A DNA stretch of 18,075 nt from Azolla caroliniana. Its lineage: Eukaryota; Plantae; Polypodiophyta. How positions within the stretch are numbered: position 1 is the first letter of the stretch; each line of letters starts with the position of its first letter. Positions 16,486-18,075 of the stretch are shown piece after piece. The stretch spans positions 1-18,075 of the forward strand of contig JBHGNT010000669.1 in the NCBI GenBank assembly GCA_043228905.1, read 5' to 3'. Both the position numbers and the translations under genes were made by a program. Under the pieces are notes generated by a model. The model had not been told where the DNA came from. It did no database searches and saw only the letters and a program-made list of their open reading frames with translations.

Positions 16486-17159
16486 TAACCTCCATTGCGC
16501 GCCGATCCGCCTCGTTTGCCACGACTATGGGGCCTATCTTCGTCCATGTACAACATCTTGTTGTCGGTGTGCGTACTTGTTGACGCACCCACGTGATTTT
16601 CCTCCACGAGCAACATCGACTGAAGCTCGAAGAACGAAAGCGTAATCCCCCTTGTGCAGACGGCCGTTCGGAATGCTCCGAACTTTGACTCTAACCCTCC
16701 AAGACAAACCTGCACCATTTCGTCCTCCTCGACATTCACGTTGATGGAGGTGAGGGAATCGCAGATCTCCTTGATTCGGGCTGTGTAATCGGCCACAGAC
16801 TGATCTTTCTGTCGGACATTGCTGAGCTCTTATCTAAGTTGCAACTTCTTGCCCATTGTGCTAGCGGAAAAAATCCTCTTGAGATTCGCCCATGCATTCT
16901 TTGGCGTCTTAGCATCCCGAATGTAGCTCAAGAGCTGGTCTCTCACACAGGACGCGAAGCAGTAAAGAACTCTGCTTGCCGCTTGTTCCCAAGCCGGAAA
17001 GTCTTTGTGTGTCGATTCGGGTGCTGCATCATTAGCACCTTCAATATAACTCCAGCAACCATTACCAAGTTGATACTGGTGCATCTTGTACGAACAAGAT
17101 GCGTAGTTGCTCCTGTCGAGCTTCTCAATCGGTAGTGAGCTTCCCATGCATCTGTCCAT
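16479..17159 (-). pseudogene. Copia gag (Retrotran_gag_2/UBN2-type), one in-frame stop, 3'-truncated
   Basis: EKLDRSNYAS.SYKM...KTPKNAWANLK...LQLR*ELSN...SVADYTARIKEICDSL...MVQVCLGGL...LQSMLLVEE; the two ORF-track pieces share a frame. Confidence 0.92.
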
Positions 17160-17214
17160 ATTGTTGTCTTATCCTTTCCGAAAGCAACAGCTTAACTCTG
17201 TCTTTTACCCTCAC

Positions 17215-17226
17215 GCTCTAATACCA
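17215..17226 (-). promoter_or_regulatory. tRNA-iMet primer-binding site (TGGTATTAGAGC, one mismatch to TGGTATCAGAGC)
   Basis: Lies between the LTR and the gag ATG. Confidence 0.85.
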
Positions 17227-17652
17227 TATAAAAGAATACGTGTGCAGAAGAGTATGCGTAAGAGCACAGAGTATACAGTTCAGAATTACGACAGTTCGAT
17301 AAAACGCAGAAATCAAAGAGAAAGAGAGGGAGAGACAGAGTTCACAGAAAATACAAAACTATATTCAAAAAATAATTCTCTGTATGTTCTTTGTACATAT
17401 TTCATGCTCAATGAGCACCTTTTATACAAGCCCTGACTATCGGGCTGACACAAGTACTGACAGTACTTGACCGCTCATAAATGAGCCTTCTACACTAACT
17501 CCCAAAACTATTCCTTACGAGGAATAAAGTTCTAACGGCCTTTTGGTTTAAACACCGCCACAACCATATTTTGCGTACGATTTTATGCATCTAGTCTACA
17601 CACTGGGTTACGCACCCGTTTACGCACCCAATGTTGAGCTTGTCTCTCAACA
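17227..17652 (-). mobile_element. 5' LTR (family A) of the copia element
   Basis: TGTTGAGA start at 17652 on minus; ends at the PBS (terminal CA apparently mutated to TA); homologous to 2727-3191. Confidence 0.8.
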
Positions 17653-17960
17653 TAAGGTTATAATGTACTATCCACCGGAATGAGACTTCGCATCTACATA
17701 GCATACATCGGTGTGTACGAGTTCCATAATGGTTTTCTTCTGAATCGAGGGCCTCGATCGAAATGCGACTCTATTTTGTTTGTTGATTAGGCAATCGGCA
17801 CACTTATCCAGATGCACTTTCTTCACCTCCGGTAGGAGTTATTTTTAGGCTAGCATCTACATTCCCTTCTAGCTCATGTGGCATAGCCTCTTATGCCATA
17901 GCTCACTGGTTGTGTCGGTTTCCACCTTTACCTCATTTCGGCATAATCAAGCATGCATCA

Positions 17961-18075
17961 TGTTGGGAATTTGGTCCCTCTGGATGGGATCCGGATGAGC
18001 CGGATCGGATAAGCCAAAGGAAGGAACCAGACCGGATGGGTTCGGAAGGTACCCGGATACTGGATCAGATGGATT
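17961..18075 (+). mobile_element. 5' end of a fourth family C LTR (runs off window)
   Basis: TGTTGGGAATTTGGTCCCTCTGGATGGGAT, then CCGGAT-rich repeats. Confidence 0.8.

Overview
Land-plant nuclear DNA, probably from a large-genome seed-free plant such as a fern (inferred from the TE style, not proven). About 70% is nested, decayed retroelements: three Ty1/copia remnants, two Ty3/gypsy-like remnants (one with a perfect tRNA-Trp primer-binding site), at least five LTR families including four copies of one family, two LINE endonuclease relics, tRNA-like Pol III box repeats and microsatellites. The one intact-looking host gene is on the minus strand (ATG 10453; four phase-consistent GT-AG exons down to ~8.1 kb, 3' end ambiguous). 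It encodes a ~350-380 aa seven-transmembrane protein that resembles the 7TM domain of plant 7TM-RGS (AtRGS1) and class C GPCR TM cores. No RGS box is visible; the protein ends in a cytoplasmic coiled coil that, under one splice model, looks G-gamma-like. This orphan receptor-like gene is the best candidate for an undescribed system. All homology calls are by-eye comparisons to remembered sequences; no searches were run.
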